Assembly: GCA_963755715.1 (NCBI GenBank)
Contig: CAVWLW010000059.1
Location: 160,001 to 224,000, forward strand
Direction: 5' to 3'
DNA length: 64,000 nucleotides
Origin: an uncultured delta proteobacterium
Lineage (GTDB): Bacteria; Desulfobacterota; Binatia; UBA9968
Shown here: positions 1-10,226 of the stretch, in pieces
Numbering within the stretch: position 1 is the stretch's first letter
How the letters are laid out: each line of letters begins with the position of its first letter
Notes under the pieces: generated by a model
Database searches by the model: none
What the model was told of the DNA's origin: nothing
What the model saw: the letters and a program-made list of their open reading frames with translations, nothing else
Translations under genes and position numbers: made by a program

Positions 1-28
1 GTGTGCGGCGCTTTCCTTTCGCGCTAGT

Positions 29-132
29 CTAGCAGGTTGCTGAAAAAAGACACTCGTGCTTTCCGTAAAGCTAAATGAAACGGTAAGCAAAAAAGGTGGA
101 ACGAACTCTTAGAGGTTTTTCTCAGCCGTTGC
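29..132. repeat. Degenerate MITE-like element with IS-type terminal inverted repeats
   Basis: CTAGCAGGTTGCTGAAAAA ... TTTTTCTCAGCCGTTGC; the left end matches the element at 1362-1500. Confidence 0.55.
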
Positions 133-164
133 ACGAGAGCGCCACCACGGGAAACTGTTTCTCA

Positions 165-1292
165 TCAGCCTACTGCTCCCCAAACCTGGCGCGCGGTTTC
201 TACCACCAATTCCAATTTTTTCTTCTGATCGTCCTCGCTGATCAGGTTTCCACCAACATTTGTCGAAAATCCGCATTGCGGACTGATGGCGAGCTGCTCC
301 AAAGGAATATATTTGCTCGCTTCATCAATGCGGCGCTTGAGCTCATCGATTTTCTCCAGTTGGGGTGATTTAGTGCTAATCAATCCCAACACAACCACTT
401 TGCCCTTTGGCACAAACCGGAGCGGCTCAAATGAACCCGTCCGTGGACTATCATACTCCAAGAGGAAACGATCGTGGGCGAGCTCACTGAAGAGTTTCTC
501 GGCGATCACATCGTAGCCTCCCTCTCTGAGCCACATGCTGTTCCTGTTGCCACGACAAACATGAATTCCTAGAGTCAGTCCATTAAATCCGCGAACGACG
601 TCGTTATCGACGCAAATAGAGCGATTCAACTCCTCGACGGGGTCCTTACCCATCTGGCGCATCGACTGAACCGAACCGGCGTCCACATAAGCCGCGTATC
701 TTGGCGCATCGAACTGAAGGTAGCGGCAGCCCGCTTTCACCAAACTCGCGACGATTTCCCGTTCGATCCGCACCAGGTCGGCAATAAACTCGTCGGCAGA
801 GGAGTAAACGGAGCCGGAGCGTCCGTCATCGAATCGCTGACGATAGTGATCTGCGTTGATCAGCGTCACTTTTGCAGGCTTTTGTGCGACACGACTGACA
901 AACAGAAATTCCTCGAGAGGAAGGTTTCTGACCAGACGCAGGCGGTCCAAAATCGACCGCCGCACTTCCGGAATCTCTTCGCGCTGGAGCGGGCGGGCAT
1001 TCTTGGCCCGCTCTTCATAAAATTTTGTGTCGGCACGGATTCCGCCAAAGCCCGATACCGACGTGCCAAAACTTTCCTCGAAGTTGAGACGGCGAAATTC
1101 ACCATCCGTGACGATCTCCAAGCCAGCTTGCTCTTGAAGAAGGACCGCCTCGCGAACGGCCCGATCCTCGATCAGCCTCAGCTCCGGCGCGCTGACACTT
1201 CCCGCATCGAAGCCCATACGAGCCTGCTTGAGATAGGCCGGACGCAACAGGCTCCCAACCGCGTCAGTCCTGATCTTTGTAAGATCTTTCAT
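165..1292 (-). CDS. Cobalamin-independent methionine synthase II family (MetE C-terminal-like) Zn protein
   Basis: VGSLLRP, TDGEFRR, HVCRGN, LLEYD and ISPQCGF motifs; start taken at MKDLTK, downstream of AAGAGG. Confidence 0.9.
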   Translation of the reverse strand: MKDLTKIRTDAVGSLLRPAYLKQARMGFDAGSVSAPELRLIEDRAVREAVLLQEQAGLEIVTDGEFRRLNFEESFGTSVSGFGGIRADTKFYEERAKNARPLQREEIPEVRRSILDRLRLVRNLPLEEFLFVSRVAQKPAKVTLINADHYRQRFDDGRSGSVYSSADEFIADLVRIEREIVASLVKAGCRYLQFDAPRYAAYVDAGSVQSMRQMGKDPVEELNRSICVDNDVVRGFNGLTLGIHVCRGNRNSMWLREGGYDVIAEKLFSELAHDRFLLEYDSPRTGSFEPLRFVPKGKVVVLGLISTKSPQLEKIDELKRRIDEASKYIPLEQLAISPQCGFSTNVGGNLISEDDQKKKLELVVETARQVWGAVG

Positions 1293-1361
1293 CGATGATT
1301 GTTCCGTCAACCGTCCTCTTATTAGTTTGAATGATTCATCGTTTCTGTACTCTCTTTTCAC

Positions 1362-1500
1362 CTAGCGGGTTGCTGAAAAAAGTTCGGAATGCTTCGAGAG
1401 CCTCAGCATGAACGGAAAAATCCTCAATGATATTTAAACCCCTCCGTTCATCCTGAGCATCGTCGAAGGACTCCGACGGAGTTTTTCAGCAGCCTGCGAG
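1362..1500. repeat. MITE-like element: GCTGAAAAA/TTTTTCAGC termini enclosing a REP doublet
   Basis: Outer IR CTAGCGGGTTGCTGAAAAA...TTTTTCAGCAGCCTGCGAG; inner CTTCGAGAGCCTCAGCATGAACGG...CCGTTCATCCTGAGCATCGTCGAAG. Confidence 0.75.
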
Positions 1501-1574
1501 TGGCTTGCGATCTGAAACGCATAAACGCCGGCTTCCGTCGAAGAGGATCGGGTTAACTAGAATCTTTTCTCCCA

Positions 1575-2654
1575 CTATCTTCCGAAGGCCTCCTTCAGCA
1601 CTGCGAGAACCTTTTCCTTGATCGTCGTGGTGGCTTCGAGGGTATAGGTTTTGATACCGCCGGGGATCGGCGTTCTCCAGGCCGCGTGGTCCGTAGGCAC
1701 GTCAAGGCGAGAGCTTATATAGCCGCTCGCGACGGCAAATTCGGTTTGGCCCTCTTTGCTTAAGAGCCAATTGATGTACACCTTCGCAGCATTGGGGTGC
1801 GGTGCTCGATTGAATAATCCTAGACCGCTTGAACTAGAGCTCAGGCCTGTGCCTTCCTTCAACAGACGAGGATCGACAATGGCGACGGGCAGGCCCTTTC
1901 TCGCCCACTCATCGGCCGTAGGTTCCGAGACACCGATGAGCACCGAATATTTTCCCTTAACGATGCTATCGAGCTCCTGAGTATAATCTCTCATCATGAC
2001 AAGCCCCTGTTTCCCTAGGGCGCGGATATAGTTCGGACCGAGATCCGGGTGGAGATAGAAGAAGGTAAACGTGGCTAGCCCCGGTCCGGCGCGCGTGGGA
2101 TCGTCCGCGACAAGCTTCCCCTTCCATCTAGGCTGCAGCAGGTCCTTATAGGACTTGATCTCCCCTGGCTTCACCACGTTAGGATCGACGAAGAGCGTTG
2201 CGAACAACGATTGCGACATGACAAATAACCGCCGGCCTGGATCGATGTATTCATGTTCTCCGCCGCGCCATCGCTTGGGATCTTTAACGTCCGGTAGAAT
2301 CAGAGCCGGTTCGAGCGGGTCGAGCATTCCCGCAGGAATGAGCGAATTGAGAGCCGTGGTTGTCCCGGTCACGACCACATCCCAGGCGTACAATCCCGCG
2401 CCTCGTTCGGCAGAGAGGCGAGGTCCGATGCCTGGCCCGCGTTCAGCAAAATATTCCACCGTGATCCCATATTTTTGCTGGAAGAGGTTAGCCATGGCAT
2501 CCCGCCGATCTGATCCCGTGGGCCCGATCATAGCGAGCTTCCCTTCGCGCTTGGCTAGCTCGAGCACCTTTTCCCATTCCTGGGGCCAGACCGCTTGACT
2601 GAATCCCAGGAGCAACGCCAACATCAGTGGTATGTGTGATACGCTTCGTCTCAC
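1575..2654 (-). CDS. ABC-type extracellular solute-binding protein (Fe3+/polyamine/thiamine-like)
   Basis: Signal peptide, AKREGKL, SYKDLLQPRWKGK, APHPNAAKVYINWLLSKEGQ; GGAGG RBS. Confidence 0.9.
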   Translation of the reverse strand: MRRSVSHIPLMLALLLGFSQAVWPQEWEKVLELAKREGKLAMIGPTGSDRRDAMANLFQQKYGITVEYFAERGPGIGPRLSAERGAGLYAWDVVVTGTTTALNSLIPAGMLDPLEPALILPDVKDPKRWRGGEHEYIDPGRRLFVMSQSLFATLFVDPNVVKPGEIKSYKDLLQPRWKGKLVADDPTRAGPGLATFTFFYLHPDLGPNYIRALGKQGLVMMRDYTQELDSIVKGKYSVLIGVSEPTADEWARKGLPVAIVDPRLLKEGTGLSSSSSGLGLFNRAPHPNAAKVYINWLLSKEGQTEFAVASGYISSRLDVPTDHAAWRTPIPGGIKTYTLEATTTIKEKVLAVLKEAFGR

Positions 2655-2820
2655 GACTAGGCCCTCCTATACTCGGCGTTCACGACTCGCGACACTTCTG
2701 TGAGCGATACTTTCCATTCCGGACGATCGGGCTCGAGGTTGGAGCTCACTGCATCGCCATCTGGAATGAAGCGGCAGAAGTCCTCAATAGCGCTCGCGTC
2801 TTTGAAACAGTCCGTCGCCG

Positions 2821-3921
2821 TCAGCCCCACACCTTTCTTGCCACTTCGACTACAAGTTCCAGTTTTCGACGTTGGTCGTCGTGAGAGAGGAGGTTTCCTT
2901 GAAGCATGGAGGCAAAGCCGCATTGCGGACTGATGGCTAGTCTTTCGATCGGGATGAACCTCGAGGCTTCTTCTACGCGACGCACAAGTTCGTCTATCGG
3001 TTCTAGGTCAGGGGTCTTGGTAGTGACCAAGCCCAGCACGACTGTTTTTCCCTGAGGAACGAATCGCAGCGGCTCGAACCCTCCCGCCCTCGCGCTATCA
3101 TACTCCAGAAGGAATCGGTCAACGTCGAGAATTCCAAAAATCTTTTCCGCGATAGCATCGTAGCTGCCTTCCTTGAGCCAGCGGCTACGTTGATTGCCGC
3201 GACACAAATGAATCGCCGTCGTAACTCCCGGATTTTTAGCTCCAACAAAACAATCATTGCTGGCGGCTAAGGCTTCGTCGAGTGCAGCCTCAGGATCGAG
3301 TCCCGATTCCCGCATTCGCGCACGATAGCGCTCGTCGACGAAATCAGTGAAGCTCGGCGCGTCCATCTGGATGTAAGGTACGCCGTCTTTGATAAGCGCC
3401 TTGATCTCGTCTTGCAAAATAGCCACGAGATCAGCCGTCAGATCTGTGCGGCGAGGGTAGAACTGATCGGTGACGCCTTTCTGATAGCTGGCAAACATGA
3501 ACTGTGCCGGGGTCGGCAGAGTTATCTTGAACGGCCCCGCGCAGTGGCTTTTGAGAAATGCGCTCTCGTGACCAGCTAGCCTTCTTCTCTGCCGCAATCT
3601 CGCGTCAACAACCTTGCCGCTTTTGACTGTCTCTACTTTGCCCCCGGGCGCCCGCCACTCTATGGAACGGGCGGCTGCAGTGAAGCCGTCGACCGCGTCG
3701 GTCAGGACGTCCAAGAACAAACCGCGACGGTACTCGCCGTCGGTGAAAACATCAACGCCAGCGGCTTTTTGCATTTCCAGCGCGGCTAGAATCGAACGAT
3801 CTTCGACCTCGCGAAGCTGCTCGAAATCTATTCGTCCCTGGCGCAGCGCCGCCCGCGCCTCGATGAGTTCCGGCGGCCGCAACAAACTCCCGATATTATC
3901 CGCGCGGAATTTTGTTGTCAT
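2821..3921 (-). CDS. Cobalamin-independent methionine synthase II family protein (paralog 2)
   Basis: IGSLLRP, TDGEYRR, HLCRGN, LEYD, SPQCGF. Confidence 0.9.
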   Translation of the reverse strand: MTTKFRADNIGSLLRPPELIEARAALRQGRIDFEQLREVEDRSILAALEMQKAAGVDVFTDGEYRRGLFLDVLTDAVDGFTAAARSIEWRAPGGKVETVKSGKVVDARLRQRRRLAGHESAFLKSHCAGPFKITLPTPAQFMFASYQKGVTDQFYPRRTDLTADLVAILQDEIKALIKDGVPYIQMDAPSFTDFVDERYRARMRESGLDPEAALDEALAASNDCFVGAKNPGVTTAIHLCRGNQRSRWLKEGSYDAIAEKIFGILDVDRFLLEYDSARAGGFEPLRFVPQGKTVVLGLVTTKTPDLEPIDELVRRVEEASRFIPIERLAISPQCGFASMLQGNLLSHDDQRRKLELVVEVARKVWG

Positions 3922-3925
3922 GACG

Positions 3926-3953
3926 TTGAACCTTGAACTTTGAACCTTGAACC
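3926..3953. repeat. 4 x 7-bp tandem repeat TTGAAC(C/T)
   Basis: TTGAACC TTGAACT TTGAACC TTGAACC fills most of the short intergenic gap. Confidence 0.8.
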
Positions 3954-3960
3954 GTCTTAT

Positions 3961-4974
3961 CTACCCTTTAATCCCTAGTTCCCGATTGACGGCGCGTTGC
4001 AGAGTAAAATCGAACACCTTCGACGGGGGCACAGTTTCAGTAAGTTTTAATGCCTGCGCTTCTTCAGCGAGAAACTCCTTGATCTCATCATCCGTCGGAA
4101 TACCGGTAGGCGTAAACGCCGGCTTGCAGCGCCGATACCACTCGGTCGCCGTCGCTAGATCGCTCTTCCACATGCGCGCCAGGAGCTCGGTTGTTTCTTT
4201 CTCGTTCTCATGAAAGAAACGCGCCGCCTTCGCTTTCACACGGAGCAGTCTTCTCAGCCAGTCGGGTTGCTCCTGAAAATTCTTCACTTGAACACCGATC
4301 CCTTGTTGGATGCTTGAAAACTTGTCGATGGAGCTTTCCAGGACATTCATTTTGAATTTATCGCGCGCCAGGAAAACATAGGGCGGCGTCAGACCCGCGA
4401 CTTGGATCGAGTTGCTCACCAACGCTTGGAGCTGCGAAGCTTCATCGCCCACTTGCACAAACGTCAGCTCTTTGTCCGAGTCGACGCCATGGAGCGCTAG
4501 CATCTTGCGCGCCGCGCTATGCTGGCTGCCATTGATGGTGGCGATGCCGAGCGCCTTTCCCTTAAGCTCTTTAGCGGTGCGAAATTCGGTCCTAGAGACC
4601 AACCAGAATATCGGCCGGCGTAAATCCACAGACACAACCCGCAACGGCACGCCGCGCATAATCCCGCGCACCGCGCTGCCGACCGAACCGAGAGCGTCCA
4701 ATTCGCCGGCTACACCCGCTGCAATCGCAGCATTCGCGCTCATTCGGATAAGCTGAGGCTCGAACCCTTCCTCGCGGAAGAAGCCCTTATCGCGCGCGAT
4801 GTAGAGTTCAATCGAGGGCATGCCGGTGCTGGACATGCTGACGCTGATCTTTTGCAACGGCGCCTGCGCTCTGGCTAATCCCGCGCCGACTAGAATGGCA
4901 CAAAACACTAGCAATCTACGCAGAACCGTCGTCATGGGTCGTAGTGTCTGATCTTTATGTTGCTCGATTTTCAT
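3961..4974 (-). CDS. NMT1/THI5/SsuA-like solute-binding protein
   Basis: Signal peptide, ARDKGFFREEG, ELKGKALG, LTPP; strong AGGAGGAGG RBS before MKIEQ. Confidence 0.88.
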   Translation of the reverse strand: MKIEQHKDQTLRPMTTVLRRLLVFCAILVGAGLARAQAPLQKISVSMSSTGMPSIELYIARDKGFFREEGFEPQLIRMSANAAIAAGVAGELDALGSVGSAVRGIMRGVPLRVVSVDLRRPIFWLVSRTEFRTAKELKGKALGIATINGSQHSAARKMLALHGVDSDKELTFVQVGDEASQLQALVSNSIQVAGLTPPYVFLARDKFKMNVLESSIDKFSSIQQGIGVQVKNFQEQPDWLRRLLRVKAKAARFFHENEKETTELLARMWKSDLATATEWYRRCKPAFTPTGIPTDDEIKEFLAEEAQALKLTETVPPSKVFDFTLQRAVNRELGIKG

Positions 4975-5070
4975 TGCTCCACTCCTCCTCCTCACGCTCG
5001 CGTGAGAGTAGTGAATTACCAACAATGATGTCAACTAAAACCAATCCAGCATGGATAGCCGAAAAACCGC

Positions 5071-5099
5071 TTGACGCCTGGAATTGATTTTCCTATTTT
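5071..5099 (+). promoter_or_regulatory. Putative sigma70 promoter
   Basis: TTGACG-N17-TATTTT just upstream of ATG 5113. Confidence 0.45.
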
Positions 5100-5112
5100 C
5101 CAGCTAGCCCCA

Positions 5113-6093
5113 ATGAAATTGTTTCGTCGGACAAAACTCTTTTTGCTTCTCGGTAGCGCACTGTGGCTGTTTTCGGCCCGCGGTTTCGCCGCCGACAATA
5201 TCCGCATCGCTTTCTCGGCGATTTCACCCACTCAAGGCGTGCTGTGGGTCGCCGACGTGGGCGGATTTCTAAGCAAGAACGGTCTTAACGCGGAAATCAT
5301 CTATACGCGCGCTGCTATAGAGACGCTGGTCGCCGGTGAAGTGCAGTTCGGTCAGATGACCGGTTCGCTCATGTTTTCCGCGAGGCTGCAGGGCGCCGAT
5401 CCCGTGATGATCGCCGGCGTGCAAGATGTTCTCAATGATCGGCTCGTCGTCCGGCCGAACATCAATTCCGTGGAAAGTCTCAAAGGAAAACGGATTGCCG
5501 TATTCCGCTTTGGCTCGGCATCGCATATGCGTTTGCTCAACGTGCTGCCGCGATACGGGATGAGCGAGAGAGACGTCACTTTCCTTCAGGTCGGCGATGC
5601 TCCGGAGCGCTTGATCGCGATCAATAGCGGCTCGGTGGAAGCCACCCTGCTCTCGCCTCCGGAACATTTCGAAGCGGTTCGTTTGGGCATGAAAATCCTC
5701 CTCAATCTGCGCGACCTCAATGTTCCCTATCAGGGAAGCGGCCTGGTGACGACCCAGCGCCTGGTCGCGCGCAATCGCGACCTGGCCAGACGTTTCCTCA
5801 GAGCGTATGTGGAAGCGATCCACGCCGTGCGCACCAACCCGACGCTTTCCAAGCGAGCGTTCGCGAAGTACCGCCAAACCAAGGACGAGAAGCAGATCGA
5901 GGATGCCTATCAAACATTGCGCGAGATGGTGCCACAGAAGCCGTATCCGTCCATTGATGGCTTCAGGACCATCATTCAGGACGCCGCTGCACGGATCCCC
6001 GCCGCCAAGAACGCCAATCCGAGAGATTTTATGGACACCAGCTTGCTCGAAGAGCTCGATCGCTCGGGATACATCGATGCGCTGTACCGCTGA
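5113..6093 (+). CDS. NMT1/SsuA-like solute-binding protein
   Basis: Signal peptide, LKGKRIAVFRFGS, LSPP, C-terminal ELDRSGYIDALY. Confidence 0.88.
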   Translation: MKLFRRTKLFLLLGSALWLFSARGFAADNIRIAFSAISPTQGVLWVADVGGFLSKNGLNAEIIYTRAAIETLVAGEVQFGQMTGSLMFSARLQGADPVMIAGVQDVLNDRLVVRPNINSVESLKGKRIAVFRFGSASHMRLLNVLPRYGMSERDVTFLQVGDAPERLIAINSGSVEATLLSPPEHFEAVRLGMKILLNLRDLNVPYQGSGLVTTQRLVARNRDLARRFLRAYVEAIHAVRTNPTLSKRAFAKYRQTKDEKQIEDAYQTLREMVPQKPYPSIDGFRTIIQDAAARIPAAKNANPRDFMDTSLLEELDRSGYIDALYR

Positions 6094-6106
6094 ACGCATC
6101 CAAGTT

Positions 6107-6178
6107 TGGAGTGTTGGAGTGATGGGGGCTAGAGTTCCTAACCCAATACTCCCTTACCTCAATACTCCTGCACTCCAT
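6107..6178. repeat. Inverted arrays of 8-bp repeats (GGAGTRTT / AATACTCC)
   Basis: TGGAGTGTTGGAGTGATGGG ... CCCAATACTCCCTTACCTCAATACTCCTGCACTCCA. Confidence 0.65.
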
Positions 6179-6197
6179 TCTTTAGACCGGAGGCCCC

Positions 6198-7358
6198 ATG
6201 AAGCGAAGCACGGATCGGATTCTCGTCACCCATGCCGGCAGTCTGGCGCGACCGAAGGATCTGCTCGAAATGATGGACGCCAAATTGAGCGGCAGAAGTT
6301 ATGACCAAGCAGCTTATGGCAAGCGGATTCGCAACGCCGTGGCCGATATGGTTCGCAATCAGGTGCAATGTGGTATCGACATTGTCACCGATGGCGAGCA
6401 GAGCAAGCCGAGCTTCAACGCTTATTTGATCGAGCGCCTCACCGGCTTCGAAGCGGTGGCAAGCTCGGAAGAACGAATCGCCGCGCGCATGAAGACAGAT
6501 GAGGCGCGGGCGTTCCCGGAGTACTACGAAAAATATTTCGCCGAGCATATGTGTAGCGTCGGGCCGAATCTGCCGGTGGCGTGCACCGGCCCCATCACCT
6601 ACAAAGGACAGGAAGCGGTGCGGACCGACATCGAAAACCTGAAAGCCGCTCTCAACGGCCTTGCGCCCGAAGCGGTTTTCATGCCGGCCATCGCCCCGGG
6701 CTTTTTCAGCAACCAATATTATCCAACGGACAAAGAGTTTCTGTATGCGTTGGCCGAAGCGCTGCGGGTGGAATATCAGGCGATCATCGATGCCGGCTTT
6801 CTTCTGCAAATCGATGATCCATCCCTGACCCGGCTTTATCGGACGGATCCGGCTCTAAGCGTCGCAGATCGAGCGCGAGACGCGGAAATTTACATCGAAG
6901 CGCTGAACCACGCGCTGCGCGGCATTGCGCCGGAAAAGATCCGCTATCACACCTGCTACGGCATCAATGAGGGCCCGCGCATCTTCGATATCGGGCTCAA
7001 GGACATCATTGGCCTCATGCTAAAGGTCAACGCCGAAGCAATTTCCTTTGAGAACGCGAACGCGCGTCATGAGCACGAGTGGCGCCTGTGGGAAGACATC
7101 AAGCTTCCGGCCGGCAAGATTCTGATCCCCGGAGTCATCACTCACTGCAGCAATATCGTCGAGCACCCCGAACTGGTCGCTGAGCGAATCTGCCGCTATG
7201 CCAAGCTCGTCGGACGCGAGAACGTGATCGGCGGGAGCGACTGCGGATTTTCGTCCCAGGCGACGTTTACTCCCGAGATTCACCCCACCGTGGTCTGGGC
7301 GAAGTTTCAGGCGATGGCGGAAGGCGCGAAGATCGCGACGAAACAGCTATGGTCGTGA
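6198..7358 (+). CDS. Cobalamin-independent methionine synthase II / epoxyalkane:CoM transferase-like protein
   Basis: THAGSLARP, DGEQSK, QIDDP, YHTCYG, HEHEW, SDCGF; GGAGG RBS. Confidence 0.9.
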   Translation: MKRSTDRILVTHAGSLARPKDLLEMMDAKLSGRSYDQAAYGKRIRNAVADMVRNQVQCGIDIVTDGEQSKPSFNAYLIERLTGFEAVASSEERIAARMKTDEARAFPEYYEKYFAEHMCSVGPNLPVACTGPITYKGQEAVRTDIENLKAALNGLAPEAVFMPAIAPGFFSNQYYPTDKEFLYALAEALRVEYQAIIDAGFLLQIDDPSLTRLYRTDPALSVADRARDAEIYIEALNHALRGIAPEKIRYHTCYGINEGPRIFDIGLKDIIGLMLKVNAEAISFENANARHEHEWRLWEDIKLPAGKILIPGVITHCSNIVEHPELVAERICRYAKLVGRENVIGGSDCGFSSQATFTPEIHPTVVWAKFQAMAEGAKIATKQLWS

Positions 7359-7405
7359 CGGAAGAACCATTCACTTCGGGGTTAGAAATGCCGCGTGTTA
7401 AAAAT

Positions 7406-7433
7406 GTAGGGGCGCAGCATGCTGCGCCCCTAC
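7406..7433. repeat. GTAG-type REP, perfect 28-bp palindrome
   Basis: GTAGGGGCGCAGCA|TGCTGCGCCCCTAC. Confidence 0.8.
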
Positions 7434-7440
7434 GGTGAAT

Positions 7441-7540
7441 TTGTCATTTCGAGCGCAGCGAGAAATCTTTCTTCTTTGCCCCAGACTCCGAGCCGGCAAA
7501 AAGCCCAGGGAAAGATTTCTCCTTTCAGTCGAAATGACAA
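7441..7540. repeat. TGTCAT...ATGACA REP doublet
   Basis: TTGTCATTTCGAGCGCAGCGAGAAATCT ... AGATTTCTCCTTTCAGTCGAAATGACAA; related copies at 32060, 52729, 53909, 60481. Confidence 0.75.
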
Positions 7541-7635
7541 AAGGCAGTCTTTTTTTTGCGTCCTTTGCGGTTAAATTCTTTTTTTCTTTGGTCGCGCGCG
7601 TGCCCGCTGAGACTTTTTCGGCTACATCGTTGCTC

Positions 7636-8610
7636 TCATTTGATCCCTAACTCGCGCGTGACTTCTCTTTGCAAGCTAAAGTCGAAAATCTCGGACGGTG
7701 AAGCAGGCTTCGATAGCTTGAGTATCTGCGCCTCGCTCGCCAGATGCTCTTTGATCTCATCGTCAGTCGGAATACCGTTGCTCGTAAATGCAGGCTTGGA
7801 GGAGCGGTAGGATTCCAGAGCTATTTTTAAGTCGACCTTGTACAGGCGCGCGAGAAATTCACTGCCCTCCCCCTCGTTCTCCAGATAATAGCGATTGGCC
7901 TTGGCCCGCGCCCGCAGAATTTTTTTTATCAGGTCTGGCTTCTCCTGCAATAGCTTGAAGGAAACCGCGAGCCCGCTGTCGATGCCCGCGAATCGTTCGA
8001 GGGCGCTGTCGAGAACGTTCATTTTGAATTTGTCGCGCGCCAGCGCCACCCAAGGCGGGCTGAGCGCGGTGATTTGCACGGAGTTGTTTATCAATGCTTG
8101 GAGCTGCATGGTTTGATCACTGATCTGGATCGACGTGACCTCCTTCTCCGCATCCAAACCGCCCGCCGCCAGCATGCCCTTGGCGCGCGTGTGTTGGCTG
8201 CCGCCGATGGTCGAGATACCGAGCACTTTGCCTTTCAATTCTTTAATCGACCGATATTCCGGTCGAACGACGAGCCAAAACAGCGGACGGCGCAGCGTGA
8301 CCACGACGACCCGCAAAGGCGCGCCGCGCAGGACGGCGCGAATGGCGCTGCCGACGGCCGCTTGTCCGTCCAGCTCGCCGGCGATGTTCGCCGTGATCGC
8401 CAGGTTGGTGCTCATCTGAATGAACTGCGGCTCCAATCCCTCTTCGCGAAAATAGCCTTTCTCCTTGGCAAGAAACAGATCGACGTAATTGACTCCCGTG
8501 CTCGAATAGGCGATGCGCACTCGCTGCGGCGGAGTTTGGGCATCGCTCTGACCCATGGCGAGGGCGAGTAACAGCAGGACAAGAATGATGCGCGAAACGA
8601 TCATAGTCAT
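7636..8610 (-). CDS. NMT1/SsuA-like solute-binding protein, close paralog of 3961-4974
   Basis: AKEKGYFREEGLEP, LRRPLFWLV, ARDKFKMNVL and GIPTDDEIKE are shared with the 3961 protein. Confidence 0.88.
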   Translation of the reverse strand: MTMIVSRIILVLLLLALAMGQSDAQTPPQRVRIAYSSTGVNYVDLFLAKEKGYFREEGLEPQFIQMSTNLAITANIAGELDGQAAVGSAIRAVLRGAPLRVVVVTLRRPLFWLVVRPEYRSIKELKGKVLGISTIGGSQHTRAKGMLAAGGLDAEKEVTSIQISDQTMQLQALINNSVQITALSPPWVALARDKFKMNVLDSALERFAGIDSGLAVSFKLLQEKPDLIKKILRARAKANRYYLENEGEGSEFLARLYKVDLKIALESYRSSKPAFTSNGIPTDDEIKEHLASEAQILKLSKPASPSEIFDFSLQREVTRELGIK

Positions 8611-8790
8611 GCGCGCTTGTAATCCAAATTTCGGCCGTTTGTCCAGCGATTTTCTCTCCGCGCTTTGCCCTTGGCAGGTCGCTCTGACTTGGCTAGTATC
8701 ATTGCCAGTTTTCTCGTCATCCATTTGCGCCATTGGATCGGGCAGGCCGATCGCATGCAAATTGAAACTCATTCCTAAGAGGCAAATGCC

Positions 8791-9980
8791 GTGAAAAAAA
8801 ATTATCGTTACATTTCTGCCGACTCCCATCTGGAAATTGACTCAAAGAACTGGCTCCCTCGCGTCCCGGAAAAGCATCGCGACCTCGCGCCGCGACTCGT
8901 TCGCCAGCCCGACGGAAGCGATGCGTGGTTCATCGGCGAGAAGATCAAGCGGCCCGCGGCGGCCGCCGATCTTTATGGCGGCAAGGGACGCGACAACTAT
9001 CTGCCGTTCAATGGTAGATATGAAGGCACGCCAGGCACGGGCAGCGCCGAGCAACGCGTCAGCGAGCAGGATCAGGACGGCATCGATGCCGAGGTGCTCT
9101 TCCCGTCACAACAAGGCGGGCCAAAATTTTGGCGGCGCATCGAAGACGACGAGGCGTATAAAGCCGTCGTGCGCGCCTACAACAGTTGGCTCGTCGAAGA
9201 ATACTGCGCGGTTAATCCCGACCGTCTGATCGGCGTGGGAATTCTCCCGCTCGTGAACAATGTCTCGGACGTGATCGCGGAGCTGGATTACTGCGCCGAG
9301 GTAGGATTGAAAACCGTCTTGCTGCAGGGCTTTCCCAGCGGCAAATCTTATCCGATCCGATGAAGACGATCGCTTCTGGTCACGCGCGCTGGAGTTGAAG
9401 ATGCCGATCAGCGTGCACGTCGATCTGGAGCGCGCCGGCGAACGCAAAGGACCGCTTTTCAAATATCCGAAAGAATCGGACGAGATCATGAAGAAACTCA
9501 CCCACGATCTGGTCGAACAAGTAGGACGTTTCGGCCCGGTGCGCGGCAACGGTTCTATTGCCGCCGTCCAGTGGGTCTTGTCCGGTCTCTTCGACCGCTT
9601 CCCGACTCTGCGCATCTTCTTCGCTGAGAATCAGATCGGCTGGATTCCGTTCTTTTTGCAAGGCGCCGATGTTCGTTACGATCGCCACCACCGCTGGGCC
9701 GATCGACTACTTGGATTGAAACCCATGAGTCGTCCGCCGAGCGAATACATCCGCGAATATTGTTACTGGGGTTTCCAATTCGACCGCGATCGGCGTCGAG
9801 CTGCGCCACAAGATTAACGTCGACCGGCTCATGTGGGGTTCCGACTTTCCACACCAAGAATCCGATTGGCCCGAGTCACTGAAGATCATCGACAAAAACT
9901 TCGCCGGCGTGCCGAACGAAGAGAAAGAGAAAATGGTCTGTGCCAACGCGGTGGAGTTTTTCCGACTCGGCAACTCGTGA
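8791..9980 (+). CDS. Amidohydrolase-2 family protein (two +1 frameshifts at about 9355 and 9788)
   Basis: ISADSH, DQDGIDAEVLFP, ISVH, FAE, and MWGSDFPH in a third frame ending TGA 9978-9980. Confidence 0.85.
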
Positions 9981-10059
9981 GTTGCTTTCAACACGAAGCG
10001 CACGAAAAACACGAAGGTTATGATCGCTTGATGCGTTCTTATCGAACCATCCCTTCTCC

Positions 10060-10087
10060 CGTCATTCCCGCGAACGCGGAATCCGGG
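10060..10087. repeat. Half copy of dRS3-like CGTCATTCCCGCG...GGAATCC repeat
   Basis: Similar to full doublets at 44761 and 47845. Confidence 0.5.
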
Positions 10088-10226
10088 CTGTTTTAATTGC
10101 CTGCTGGTCACATTCCAAGTTGTGGTCTTCCCTTCGGGCCGCCTCACCACCCTTGGCACATTGATTCGTATTCGTTAAGCTCGGCCATCACGAGCACGAA
10201 CCACGATCACGTTTTCAGGAGAAGCA

